The translations under genes were made by a program, and so were the position numbers. Shown in pieces: positions 19,308 through 28,798 of a stretch of 64,000 nucleotides of DNA. The first letter of the stretch is position 1. Each line of letters starts with the position of its first letter. Source of the DNA: Dehalococcoidia bacterium (GTDB lineage Bacteria; Chloroflexota; Dehalococcoidia; Lucifugimonadales; JAGWBF01); NCBI GenBank assembly GCA_965197405.1, contig OZ240206.1:2386183-2450182 (forward strand), given 5' to 3'. The notes below the pieces were generated by a model, which saw nothing but the letters and a program-made list of their open reading frames with translations, had not been told where the DNA came from and searched no databases.

Positions 19308-20759
19308 CTATTCTACCCCTTCCGCTTTGTCTATGGCCCTCAGGAGCGCCCCGGCCTTGTGCAGGGTCTCCTGGTACTCGTCTTCAGGGATGCTATCGGC
19401 CACCACGCCGCCCCCGGCCTGCACGTATGCGACACCGTCTTTAATCACGCTGGTACGCAGGGTTATGGCCGTGTCCACGTTGCCGGAGAAGCTGAAATAG
19501 CCCACAGCGCCCCCGTAAGGGCCGCGCTTTTCCCCCTCAAGCTCGGATATTATCTCCATCGCGCGGATTTTGGGAGCTCCGGACAAGGTCCCGGCGGGGA
19601 AGCAGGCCCTCAGGGCGTCATAGGGGGTGATCTCCGGCTTGAGCTTTCCGGCCACATGGGACACCAGGTGCATTACGCGAGAGTACCGCTCCACGTCCAT
19701 GAGCCGGGTCACCTGCACCGTGCCGGGCTCGCTCACGCGCCCCACGTCGTTGCGGGCCAGGTCAACCAGCATGATGTGTTCCGCCCGCTGCTTCTCGCTC
19801 CCTTTAAGCTCCTCCTCCAGGGCCGCGTCCTCCTCCGGCGTGCCGCCCCGAGGGCGCGTCCCCGCGATGGGGTGAGTGACCACGGTGCCGTCCTCCACCC
19901 TCACGAGAGTCTCTATGGAGGCGCCCACGATATGGAAGTCGTCCAGGTGGAGGTAGTACATATACGGGGAGGGGTTGGTGGACCGGAGCGCCCGGTATAT
20001 CTGGAAGGGGTGGGCGTCGGTCTTCCGTGCGAGTCGCTGGGAGGGGACCACCTGGATTATGTCCCCGGCGTAGATGTACTCCCTGGCTCTCTCCACCGCC
20101 GCCTCGTAGTCTTCCTGGCTGAAATTGGAAGCTACCCGGGCGCTACTGCCCACAAGCCCGGCAGGGTGGGCCGCCGGAGGAGGCTCCAAGGGCATGGAGA
20201 GGCGCTCCACCAACCGGTTGATCTTCTCGACGGCCTCGTCGTAGGCCCTTTCGATATTGCCGTCCAGGTATATGTGGCTTATCACTTTTATGGTGTGCCT
20301 CAGCCTGTCGAAGACCAGCAGGGTGTCGTTGAAGGTAAACACCGCCTCGGGCAGCGCGAGGGCGTCTCTGGCAGGCTCCGTCACCCTGGGCTCGAAGTAC
20401 CGAATGATGTCGTAGGCCAGATAGCCGACGGCGCCCCCGTGGAACCTGGGCAGGTCCGGTATGGGGATGAGCTTGTACCTGTCCATCTCCGCTTTTATGG
20501 GGACTAGGGGGTCGCCGGAGCCGTCGGGCTGGCCGGGGCCTGTCTTGAGAATCGCGTAAGGCTCGGTGCCAATGAAGCTGTAGCGGGCCAGGCGCTCGCC
20601 GCCCTCCACGCTCTCCAGCAGGAAGGAGTAGGGCGGCCTGGCCACCTTTAGATAAGCCGACACCGGCGTCTCCAGGTCGGCATCTATCTCCCTGAACACC
20701 GGCACCAGGTTCCCCCGGCCGGCCAGCTTCTTTACTTCTTCAAGGGTCGGGGAGTACAT
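19308..20759 (-). CDS. trpE: Anthranilate synthase component I
   Basis: DLETPVSAY, LLESVEGG, NPSPYM, PIAGT, EHIMLVDLARND, GAPKIRAM. Start at MYSPT after the T-box terminator. Confidence 0.95.
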   Translation of the reverse strand: MYSPTLEEVKKLAGRGNLVPVFREIDADLETPVSAYLKVARPPYSFLLESVEGGERLARYSFIGTEPYAILKTGPGQPDGSGDPLVPIKAEMDRYKLIPIPDLPRFHGGAVGYLAYDIIRYFEPRVTEPARDALALPEAVFTFNDTLLVFDRLRHTIKVISHIYLDGNIERAYDEAVEKINRLVERLSMPLEPPPAAHPAGLVGSSARVASNFSQEDYEAAVERAREYIYAGDIIQVVPSQRLARKTDAHPFQIYRALRSTNPSPYMYYLHLDDFHIVGASIETLVRVEDGTVVTHPIAGTRPRGGTPEEDAALEEELKGSEKQRAEHIMLVDLARNDVGRVSEPGTVQVTRLMDVERYSRVMHLVSHVAGKLKPEITPYDALRACFPAGTLSGAPKIRAMEIISELEGEKRGPYGGAVGYFSFSGNVDTAITLRTSVIKDGVAYVQAGGGVVADSIPEDEYQETLHKAGALLRAIDKAEGVE

Positions 20760-20778
20760 ATCCCACGCTTTCCTAAAC

Positions 20779-21155
20779 AAAAATCCCCGTCCACAAGGGA
20801 CGGGGTCTTCCCGCTGTACCACCCTTATTGTCCAGCAGCCTCGCCAGCAACGAGCACATCTGCCGGGCATCTCATCCGGCGGAGAGAGGAGCACTTATAG
20901 AAATACCTGTCCTTCCGCACCGTGGACCGGTAACGGGGTCCAAGCGGCTCGGCCTACCTCCCTGCTCCACCCCCGGCGTCGGCCCCCTGAAGCCCGATTT
21001 ACGATTCTTCGTGGGCCGGATCCTATCCTGGGTGGTTAAGGGTTTCAGCTTGCGGCTCCGAGGCCCATTCGGTCCCTGCGCTGGCGCCGGCTCTCACCTC
21101 ACCCGGCTCTCTGTGCCCCGCTTGGGGACGTACTAGCCCTCATCACAGCCGTTGT
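20779..21155 (-). ncRNA. Trp-specific T-box riboswitch leader
   Basis: Minus strand: stem I with AGUA, AGAGA and UGAGA motifs; specifier GAA-UGG (21065-21067); antiterminator AAGGGUGGUACAGCG; terminator CCCCGUCC..GGACGGGG + U-run. Confidence 0.9.
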
Positions 21156-21171
21156 TCATTGGCTTGACTGG

Positions 21172-21200
21172 AGTATATCTTCGGCGGCATTTGATGTCAA
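21172..21200 (-). promoter_or_regulatory. Sigma70 promoter of the trp leader
   Basis: TTGACA-17 nt-TATACT on the minus strand. Confidence 0.85.
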
Positions 21201-21219
21201 GCGTACCTGAGCGCCAAAG

Positions 21220-22638
21220 CTACCCGCCCCCAGGCCCTACACTGAGGGACGGCTCCGTCATCTTCACCGGGTCCAGCAGGTCGTCAAGCTGCTCGTCGGT
21301 CAGGCCGGCCATCTCTCTAGCCATCTCCCTGATGGTGCTGCCGGTGGCGGCGGCTTCCTTGGCAATCTCTGCGGCCCTGTCGTAGCCAATGGCGGGGGAG
21401 AGGGCCGTTCCCAGCATCAACCCCTTCTCCACCATGGCGGGACCCGTTTCCGTGGCCTGAAGCCCCTTCACGCACTGCTCTGCGAAGTTATCGGCTGAGG
21501 AGGCCAGCAGGGATACGGACTGGAGCAGGTTATAGGCCGCCACGGGCATCATGGTGTTAAGCTCGAAGTACCCCCCCTGGCCTGCCAGGGCTACGGTGGC
21601 GTCGTTACCCACCACCTGGGCCACCACCTGCACCACCGACTCGGCGATGACCGGGTTTATCTTCCCGGGCATGATGGAGCTTCCGGGCTGCACCTCCGGC
21701 AGGACCAGCTCCCCAAGCCCCGCCCTGGGACCGCATCCCATCCAGCGAATATCGTTCGCGATTTTGTGAAGGCTTATAGCCACTGCCCGCAGAACTCCGC
21801 TGGCCTCCACCGCTGCATCCAGGGCGCTCTGGGCCTGGAAATGGTTGTCCGTCTCCCGCACCTGGACGCCCGTCATCTCGGAGAGGATCTGGCAGGCCCT
21901 CCCGGAGAACTCCGGGTGGGTGTTCACCCCGGTGCCCACCGCGGTGCCGCCCAAGGCCACCTGGGAAAGCTCCTCCTGGGCATGGCGCAGGCGGCGGATG
22001 CTGTACTCCACCTGTCCGGCGAAGCCCTTGAACTCCTGCCCCAGACGGATGGGTGTGGCGTCCTGGATATGGGTCCGACCCGTCTTGATTATGGGCCAGA
22101 ACTCGTCGCTTTTCTGCTCCAGCGCGGCGCCCAGCTTTTCCAGGGCCGGGACCAGCCGCTCATTTATCTGAATGAGCGCGGACAGGTGAATGGCCGTGGG
22201 TATAACGTCATTGGAGGACTGGCCCATATTCACGTGGTTGTTGGGGTGCACCAGGCGGGAGCCGCGCTCCCCGCCCATGATTTCCGTCGCCCGGTTGGCT
22301 ATCACTTCATTGGCGTTGGTGTTGGTGGAGGTGCCGGAGCCTGTCTGAAAGATGTCCACTACGAACTGGTCGTCGAACCGGCCCTGGGCTACCTCCTGGG
22401 CCGCCTCCACTATAGCGCTGCCGACGTGGCCCTCCAGCAGTCCCAGGCCCATGTTCGTCCTGGCGGCGGCCAGCTTGATTTGGGCCAGGGCGCTGATGAA
22501 GCTCCGTGGGAAACGCAGGTCACTGATGGGGAAATTAAGCTCCGCCCTCCTGGTGGACGCGCCGTAATAGGCGTCGGTAGGGACCTCCATAGCGCCCATA
22601 GAGTCGCGTTCGATTCTAACTTTCTGTTCGGCGGCCAT
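21220..22638 (-). CDS. fumC: Class II fumarate hydratase
   Basis: FQTGSGTSTN, HPNNHVNMGQSSND, KTGRTHIQDA, PGSSIMPGKINP; GAGGAGG RBS. Confidence 0.93.
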   Translation of the reverse strand: MAAEQKVRIERDSMGAMEVPTDAYYGASTRRAELNFPISDLRFPRSFISALAQIKLAAARTNMGLGLLEGHVGSAIVEAAQEVAQGRFDDQFVVDIFQTGSGTSTNTNANEVIANRATEIMGGERGSRLVHPNNHVNMGQSSNDVIPTAIHLSALIQINERLVPALEKLGAALEQKSDEFWPIIKTGRTHIQDATPIRLGQEFKGFAGQVEYSIRRLRHAQEELSQVALGGTAVGTGVNTHPEFSGRACQILSEMTGVQVRETDNHFQAQSALDAAVEASGVLRAVAISLHKIANDIRWMGCGPRAGLGELVLPEVQPGSSIMPGKINPVIAESVVQVVAQVVGNDATVALAGQGGYFELNTMMPVAAYNLLQSVSLLASSADNFAEQCVKGLQATETGPAMVEKGLMLGTALSPAIGYDRAAEIAKEAAATGSTIREMAREMAGLTDEQLDDLLDPVKMTEPSLSVGPGGG

Positions 22639-22673
22639 GACTGCAACCTCCTCTTCAATTCGCCACAGGTATA

Positions 22674-24008
22674 CTACCACCCATGCTCCAGCTTGTCCTT
22701 GAGGATGTGCACCAGCTCAGCTATGGGGACCCTTATTTGACGCATGGTATCCCGGTCCCGAATTGTCACCCTCTTGTCCTCCAGCGTCCCGAAGTCCACT
22801 GTGACACAGTAGAGGGTGCCAATCTCGTCCTGCCTCCTGTAGCGGCGTCCGATGCTCTGGGCGTCATCGTACTGGGTGGAGAAATGCCTCCGGACCAGGC
22901 CGTATATCGCCCTGGCCGTGGGCGCCAGCCTCTCATTGCGGCTCAGGGGCAGCACCGCCACACTTACGGGGGCGATATGACGGTGGAAGCGCAGCACCAC
23001 CCGGACCTCCTCTTTGCTTGACGAAGAATCAGGCTCCTCGTCGTAGGCATCCAGAAAGAGGGCCAGGGCCGCCCGGTCCACACCGCCTGAAGGCTCGACC
23101 ACGTACGGGTAATACCGCTCCTTGGTCTCGTCGTCGAAGTAAGTCAGGTCCTGGCCGCTGGCCTCGCCGTGGTGCCGGAGGTCGTAGTCGGTGCGGTTGG
23201 CGATGCCCTCCAGCTCGGCCCAACCCCAGGGAAACCGGTACTCGATGTCGTAGCAGTCCTTTGCGTAGTGGGCCATCTCGTCCTCGCCGTGTCTGCGCAA
23301 CCGCAGGTTCTGGCGGCGGACGCCGTGCTTCGTGTACCAGGAGAAACGCTCTTCCACCCAGGCATTTAGCCATTCCTGGTCTGTGCCCGGCTTGACGAAG
23401 TATTCTATCTCCATCTGCTCGAACTCCCTGGTGCGGAAGGTGGAGTTGCCGGGCGTTATCTCGTTGCGGAAGGCCTTGCCTATCTGGGCGATGCCGAAGG
23501 GGAGCTTGCGGCGAGAGGACATCAGCACGTTGGCGAAGTTGACGAAGATGCCCTGGGCCGTCTCCGGGCGAAGGTAGACCTGGTTGGCTGTCTCCTCCAC
23601 CGGCCCCATGAAGGTCTTGAACATCAGGTTGAAACGGCGGGGGTCTGTGAGAGATCCCCCACATTCGGGACATACACCCGCATCGTCTAGGTCGTCTGCC
23701 CGGAAGCGCTGGTGGCAGTTTCTGCACTCCACCAACGGGTCGGAGAAGCTCTCTACGTGGCCGCTGGTCATCCACACCTGGGGATGCATCAGTATGGCCG
23801 CGTCCAGCCCCACCATGTCATCCCGCTCGTGGACCACCGAGCGCCACCAGGCATCCTTGACGTTGCGCTTGAGCTCGACGCCCAGGGGGCCGTAGTCCCA
23901 GGTGGCGTTGAGACCGCCATAGATTTCGCTGCTCTGGAAGATGAACCCTCTCCGCTTGGAGAGGGAAAGAATCTTGTCCATGTCGGTCCGTTCCAGAAAA
24001 TGCACCAA
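22674..24008 (-). CDS. glyQS: Glycyl-tRNA synthetase (alpha2 type)
   Basis: YLRPETAQGIF, FRNEITP, REFEQMEIE, ELEGIANR, SIGRRYRRQDEIGT. Confidence 0.95.
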   Translation of the reverse strand: MVHFLERTDMDKILSLSKRRGFIFQSSEIYGGLNATWDYGPLGVELKRNVKDAWWRSVVHERDDMVGLDAAILMHPQVWMTSGHVESFSDPLVECRNCHQRFRADDLDDAGVCPECGGSLTDPRRFNLMFKTFMGPVEETANQVYLRPETAQGIFVNFANVLMSSRRKLPFGIAQIGKAFRNEITPGNSTFRTREFEQMEIEYFVKPGTDQEWLNAWVEERFSWYTKHGVRRQNLRLRRHGEDEMAHYAKDCYDIEYRFPWGWAELEGIANRTDYDLRHHGEASGQDLTYFDDETKERYYPYVVEPSGGVDRAALALFLDAYDEEPDSSSSKEEVRVVLRFHRHIAPVSVAVLPLSRNERLAPTARAIYGLVRRHFSTQYDDAQSIGRRYRRQDEIGTLYCVTVDFGTLEDKRVTIRDRDTMRQIRVPIAELVHILKDKLEHGW

Positions 24009-24180
24009 AGCCTTTTCTCCTTTTCTAGCTTCACCGCCGTTACAAGGTTACCAATTCGCCCTGGGAATGTAAATGAAGGGCGACCAGGCGTGAGGATTGC
24101 CTTACCGCTCCCCTTGATATAAAATCCTCTTCTCCAAAGGTTCATATCGCGGAAAGACCGCTCTTGAGGAGGGAGTAGCT

Positions 24181-25374
24181 ATGACGGAAGGACCACTGGA
24201 GGGTGTACGAGTCCTCGACCTGAGCCACGATATAGCCGGCTCCTTCAGCGCCAGGCTCCTGGCCGACTATGGCGCCGACGTGGTAAAAGTGGAGCCTGCC
24301 GGCGGCGTTGAGCTGCGGCGCGTAGGCCCCTTCTACAAAGACGACCCCCACCCCGAAAAAAGCCTCTTCTTCTTTATTCTGAACCTGAACAAGCTGGGCG
24401 TCACGCTGAATATCGAGAATGAGGGAGGCAAGAGGATTTTGAGGGAGTTGGTGCGGGACGCGGACGTGATGGTGGAGAGCTCCAAGCCCGGCTACATGGC
24501 CTCTCTGGGTCTGGACTACGCTGGACTGGAGGCGCTGAACCCCGGCCTCATACTGACCTCAATCACCCCCTTCGGTCAGGACGGGCCTTACAGCCGGTAC
24601 GAGGGAGAGGAGATAGTCAGCTACGCGATGGGGGCTATCATGAGTATCAGCGGCACCCAGGACCGGGAGCCCCTCAAGCATGGCGGCTTTCAGGCCCAGT
24701 ATGAGGCCGGCCTGAACGGCGCCGCTGCAACCTCTATGGCCCTGTTCCTCCGGGGCAGCACCGGAGAGGGCCAACACCTGGATATATCCATCACCGAATG
24801 CGTCAGCTCTACCATGATTGCCAACCAGACCCTCTACGCTTCCACCGGCGCCATACAGACCCGCAGGAAGCCCGTGGGAGAGATGTTTGGTCATACCATG
24901 CCCTGCAAAGACGGATGGGTCATAAACCAGGCGGGGGGAGGCGCTGGCTGGAGGGACATAGCCCGGTTCTACGATAGGCCTGAGCTGCTGGACTCCCGGT
25001 TCACCGGCCGGGCACAGCGCGCCGAGTATGGCGAGGAGCTGGACTCCATCCTGGTGGACGCCATCAAAGACAGAGGCAAATGGGAGCTATTCCAACAAGC
25101 CTCGGAGATGCGCATTCTTCTTGGTCTGGTCCAGACCCCGGAGGAGCTGGCGCGCTGTCCACAGCTGGAGTCCAGGGGTTTCTACCGGGACGTGGACCAT
25201 CCCCTAATGGGGAGGCTCAAGGTGCCCGCGGTGCTCTTCAACCTCAGCCTGACCCCCTACCAGCTAAGGCGCTCGGCCCCCCTGCTGGGCCAGCACAACG
25301 CCGAAGTATACTGCGACCGCCTGGGCTACCCGAAGGAAGCCCTGGCGCGCATGAGACAGCTCCAGATAATCTAA
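24181..25374 (+). CDS. CaiB/BaiF family III CoA-transferase
   Basis: PLEGVRVLDL, LADYGADVVKVE, APLLGQHN. Confidence 0.9.
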   Translation: MTEGPLEGVRVLDLSHDIAGSFSARLLADYGADVVKVEPAGGVELRRVGPFYKDDPHPEKSLFFFILNLNKLGVTLNIENEGGKRILRELVRDADVMVESSKPGYMASLGLDYAGLEALNPGLILTSITPFGQDGPYSRYEGEEIVSYAMGAIMSISGTQDREPLKHGGFQAQYEAGLNGAAATSMALFLRGSTGEGQHLDISITECVSSTMIANQTLYASTGAIQTRRKPVGEMFGHTMPCKDGWVINQAGGGAGWRDIARFYDRPELLDSRFTGRAQRAEYGEELDSILVDAIKDRGKWELFQQASEMRILLGLVQTPEELARCPQLESRGFYRDVDHPLMGRLKVPAVLFNLSLTPYQLRRSAPLLGQHNAEVYCDRLGYPKEALARMRQLQII

Positions 25375-25394
25375 CTCAGCAGAGGTGTCCGTAC

Positions 25395-26750
25395 ATGCCA
25401 AAGCTCCCACTACAGGGTATCCGTGTCCTGGACTCCACCTACGTCTTCGCCCTTCCCTATGCCGGCGGCCTTCTGGCGGACATGGGAGCGGAGGTCATTA
25501 AAGTAGAGGGGCCAGGCCGCCCGGACACCACGCGTACCGGCGGTCAATCCGGCTCCTTCCCCGAAAACGACCTCGGCGAGGACTGGTGGAACCGCTCTTC
25601 CACCTACAACACCCTGAACAGGGGCAAGGCCTCCCTTACCCTCGACCTGACCGATGCCAGGGCCAGGGACCTCTTTCGAGAGCTGGTGAGCATCAGCGAC
25701 GTGGTCATGGAAAACTACACTCCAAGGGTAATGCGCGGCTGGGGCCTGGACTACCAGGGCCTCCGGGCCATCAGACCCGACATCGTCATGGTGTCCAACA
25801 CCGGCTACGGGCATGGAGAGGGTCCCTACTCCGGCTACCCGGCTATGGCCACCACCCAGGAGGGTACTCACGGCCTCTGCTGGATAACGGGCTATCCGGG
25901 AGGACCGCCCTCCAGGGCCGGTGCCTCCTACGTAGATTTCCTGGCTACCTGGACAGCCCTCTTCGCCATAGGAGCGGCCCTGCACTACCGCAATCGCAGC
26001 GGCCACGGCCAATGGATAGACCTGGCCATGTACCAGCCGGGGGTGATGTTCACCTCCGAGTACATACTGGACCACATGGTCAACGGGCGCATGGGGGAGA
26101 GGATGGGCAACCGCCATCCTGCCCGCGCTCCCCAGGGCTGCTACAAGGCCGGCGGCACGGACCAGTGGGTCACCCTATCCGTGGGATCCGACGAGCAGTG
26201 GCAAGCCCTCTGTGAGCTGATGGGCTTGCCGGAGCTGGCCTTGGACCCCAGGTTCGGGGATGTCCTGGCCCGCATAAAGAATCACGACGAGTTGGACCTC
26301 ATCCTCAATCGGTGGACAGGAGGATACGACAAGTACCAGCTCATGGAGATGTTGCAGTCGGTGGGCATCCCGGCGGGGCCTGTGCTAGACAACAGGGACA
26401 CCCACCTGGACCCTCACTTCAGGGCGAGGGGCTTCCTGGAGAATGTCACCTATCCCGAGGATAGAGGGATAGGGACAAGACCACTGATAGGCCGGCCCTA
26501 CAGGTTCTCCAAAAGTCCTCTGAAGATAAAAGGTCCGGCCCCTTCCCTGGGCCAGCACAACGAGCCTCTGCTGACGGAGCTTCTCGGCGTCAGTAAGGAG
26601 GAGTACCTGGCTTTAGAAGAGTACGGCATCATAGGAATGGTCCCCACGACCGGCGAGCCTGTGATTCCAGCACCTATCGAGGAGCAGTTGAAGAAAGGCC
26701 GCCTAGCTGGATGGGACCCTGATTACAGAGAGAAGCTTGATATTCCTTGA
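25395..26750 (+). CDS. CaiB/BaiF family III CoA-transferase (second subunit)
   Basis: PLQGIRVLD, GAEVIKVE, NRGK, ENY, APSLGQHN. Confidence 0.9.
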   Translation: MPKLPLQGIRVLDSTYVFALPYAGGLLADMGAEVIKVEGPGRPDTTRTGGQSGSFPENDLGEDWWNRSSTYNTLNRGKASLTLDLTDARARDLFRELVSISDVVMENYTPRVMRGWGLDYQGLRAIRPDIVMVSNTGYGHGEGPYSGYPAMATTQEGTHGLCWITGYPGGPPSRAGASYVDFLATWTALFAIGAALHYRNRSGHGQWIDLAMYQPGVMFTSEYILDHMVNGRMGERMGNRHPARAPQGCYKAGGTDQWVTLSVGSDEQWQALCELMGLPELALDPRFGDVLARIKNHDELDLILNRWTGGYDKYQLMEMLQSVGIPAGPVLDNRDTHLDPHFRARGFLENVTYPEDRGIGTRPLIGRPYRFSKSPLKIKGPAPSLGQHNEPLLTELLGVSKEEYLALEEYGIIGMVPTTGEPVIPAPIEEQLKKGRLAGWDPDYREKLDIP

Positions 26751-26775
26751 CACTCCTCTGGCTCTACAGTAACCT
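26747..26775 (+). promoter_or_regulatory. Probable tRNA promoter
   Basis: TTGACA-17 nt-TAACCT about 80 nt upstream of the tRNA. Confidence 0.65.
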
Positions 26776-26855
26776 AAATAAAGACGTAGAGGAAAGATTA
26801 GCCCCTACTCCTTCCCCCCATCCCCTCCTTCCCTGCCTGAGCAGACAGGCAGCAA

Positions 26856-26930
26856 GGGCCCGTAGCTCAGCGGCAGAGCAGCCGGCTCATAACCGGCGGG
26901 TCCCAGGTTCGATTCCTGGCGGGCCCACCA
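26856..26930 (+). tRNA. tRNA with CAT anticodon, probably tRNA-Ile2 (alternatively elongator Met)
   Basis: GGGCCCG acceptor stem, CCGG-CTCATAA-CCGG anticodon arm, GGTTCGATTCC T-arm, encoded CCA; C4:G69 and C5:G68 as in E. coli TilS substrates. Confidence 0.92.
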
Positions 26931-28507
26931 CTGTATCCGATACTGCGAACTCCGCCGTTCAGGGCGATTTCGGCGGCGTCCTTGCCCCCTATGGGACTGT
27001 CCTCCGGCGTGGGGATGGCGTAGATGATGGTCGCCCCGCCGGGCCGGACCAGCACCTCCTTCACAAAGGAACGCACGAAGGCCTTGGTCTCGGTGAGTTG
27101 GCTGGTCCTGAGGAACTCGCTCATGTCATCGGCGAAGGCGGCGATGACATCGGCGCTGTCGAGCAATGCCCGCCTTTGGGACAATACGGCCCTAGCCTCC
27201 TCGGCGGCGGCTTCCAGTTGCTCCCGGCGGTGGCGGTGTTCCAGGATGCGCTCCGAGGCGTCGGCCATGTCCAGGTCGGTGCTCTCGACGAAGTGCCAGA
27301 TGCGGTCCAGCTTCCGCTTCACCTCTTCCAGCTCGGACTCGACGGTTTCCAAGTTCTGCCGCTGCTCACGGGCCACGCCGTCCATCTCCTCGTCCAGCAG
27401 TTTCACCAGGTCTCGGATATTGGACTCGGTGAGGATGTTGTCCCGGATGTTGGAGATGATGATCTCCTCGAAGTTCTTGGCGTTGAGCCTGGGGGTGTGG
27501 CATGACCCGCTGCCCTGCTTGAGGAGGGACTGGCAGACGTAGTAGGTGTATTTGCCGCTCTTGGCTTCGGCGGCGGTGAGCGCCTTGCCGCAGGTCTCGC
27601 ACTTGGCCAGGCCGCTGAGCAGGTAGGGACTGGCGGCGCGGCGGGGATGGGTGACCGCCGGGGCGCGGGCTTCCAGGAGCTTTCGGACCCTGCTGAACTC
27701 CTGCCGGGAGACGATGGCGGGGAAGGCGTCTTCCACCCGCACCGGCTCCTGGCCGTCCCTGGCCTTCTGTCCCCAGAGAAGGGCGCCGGTGTAGGCTTCG
27801 TTGCAGAGGAGCTTGTGGACGGTGGTCTTGCGCCACTGCTTGCCCTTGGGTGAGGGGATGCCCTCGGCGTTGAGGGTCTTGAGGATGTCCAGGGAGGTCC
27901 TGCCCTGGAGGGTGAGGTCGAAGATGCGGCGGACCACGGCGTCGTGGGGCGGGTCGAGTTCCAGCCGGGGGCGCTTCTTGGCGCCGTCCTGGACGTAGAC
28001 CCTCTGGTAGCCGTAGGGTGCGCTGGTGGTCATCCAAAAGCCCCTAGAGGCGGCCTCGCGCATCCCCCGCACAACCTCCTGGGCTAAATTTTCTGAGTAG
28101 AACTCGTCCACGGACTCGATGATGGCCTCCATGAGCTTGCCGGTGGGGGTGTCGTCGGCGTGCTCGGTGATGGAGACGACGCGGACGCCCCGCCTGCGGA
28201 GCATGGACTTGAAAGCGACGGCGTGCTCCCGCTTGCGGGTGAAGCGGCTGAACTTCCAGACAAGAATCTCGCTGAAAGGAGCCTCGGGCTTGCTGGCCTC
28301 GTCCAGCATCTTCCTGAACTGGGGCCTATCGGCGATCCTGCCGCTCTCGGCCTCGTCGATGTACTCGCGGGCCACCAGGTAGCCGTTCTTTTCGGCGTAG
28401 TCCCGCAGCGCCCGAAGCTGGGCTGCCACGGAGAGGTCCACGTCCTGGCGGTCGCTGGAAACCCTGGCGTATAGGGCCGCCAGTATCAGTTCCAGTCGTT
28501 CATTCAT
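26867..28507 (-). CDS. Large serine recombinase (integrase)
   Basis: YARVSS catalytic motif, SRFTR, recombinase domain (PYGY, YTG), zinc ribbon CETCG..YYVC..C, coiled coil. Confidence 0.95.
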   Translation of the reverse strand: MNERLELILAALYARVSSDRQDVDLSVAAQLRALRDYAEKNGYLVAREYIDEAESGRIADRPQFRKMLDEASKPEAPFSEILVWKFSRFTRKREHAVAFKSMLRRRGVRVVSITEHADDTPTGKLMEAIIESVDEFYSENLAQEVVRGMREAASRGFWMTTSAPYGYQRVYVQDGAKKRPRLELDPPHDAVVRRIFDLTLQGRTSLDILKTLNAEGIPSPKGKQWRKTTVHKLLCNEAYTGALLWGQKARDGQEPVRVEDAFPAIVSRQEFSRVRKLLEARAPAVTHPRRAASPYLLSGLAKCETCGKALTAAEAKSGKYTYYVCQSLLKQGSGSCHTPRLNAKNFEEIIISNIRDNILTESNIRDLVKLLDEEMDGVAREQRQNLETVESELEEVKRKLDRIWHFVESTDLDMADASERILEHRHRREQLEAAAEEARAVLSQRRALLDSADVIAAFADDMSEFLRTSQLTETKAFVRSFVKEVLVRPGGATIIYAIPTPEDSPIGGKDAAEIALNGGVRSIGYSGGPARNRTWDPPVMSRLLCR

Positions 28508-28730
28508 TGACTTCTCCTCCTTCGTCCTCTTCCTGGGTGGTCCGGCGGGAGCGCAGCCGTTCCAGGCGCTCCTGGCGGCGAAGTTCTCTATCTTCCATGT
28601 ACAGGCGGAGGGCTTCGCGCACCAACTCGCTCATGTCGCGGCCCTCCTCATCCTTCACCCGCTGCACCTGCTCGAACATCTCCGGCGGCAGGGAGAAGGT
28701 GATGGTGCGTGATTTCCGGCGTGGGGGCAT
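28500..28730 (-). CDS. CopG/RHH DNA-binding protein
   Basis: ITFSLPPEM..MSELVREALRLY; overlaps the integrase start. Confidence 0.8.
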   Translation of the reverse strand: MPPRRKSRTITFSLPPEMFEQVQRVKDEEGRDMSELVREALRLYMEDRELRRQERLERLRSRRTTQEEDEGGEVNE

Positions 28731-28798
28731 GGTCTCTTTTTTGCCTGCTGAAATAAGCGTTTGTCTTACTATCATTATCAGCGGTCCGGCCCGGTTCG

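Noticed and set aside
20760..20894. N-terminal extension of trpE in the ORF track
   Set aside because: Overlaps the T-box antiterminator/terminator; the start at 20759 fits better.
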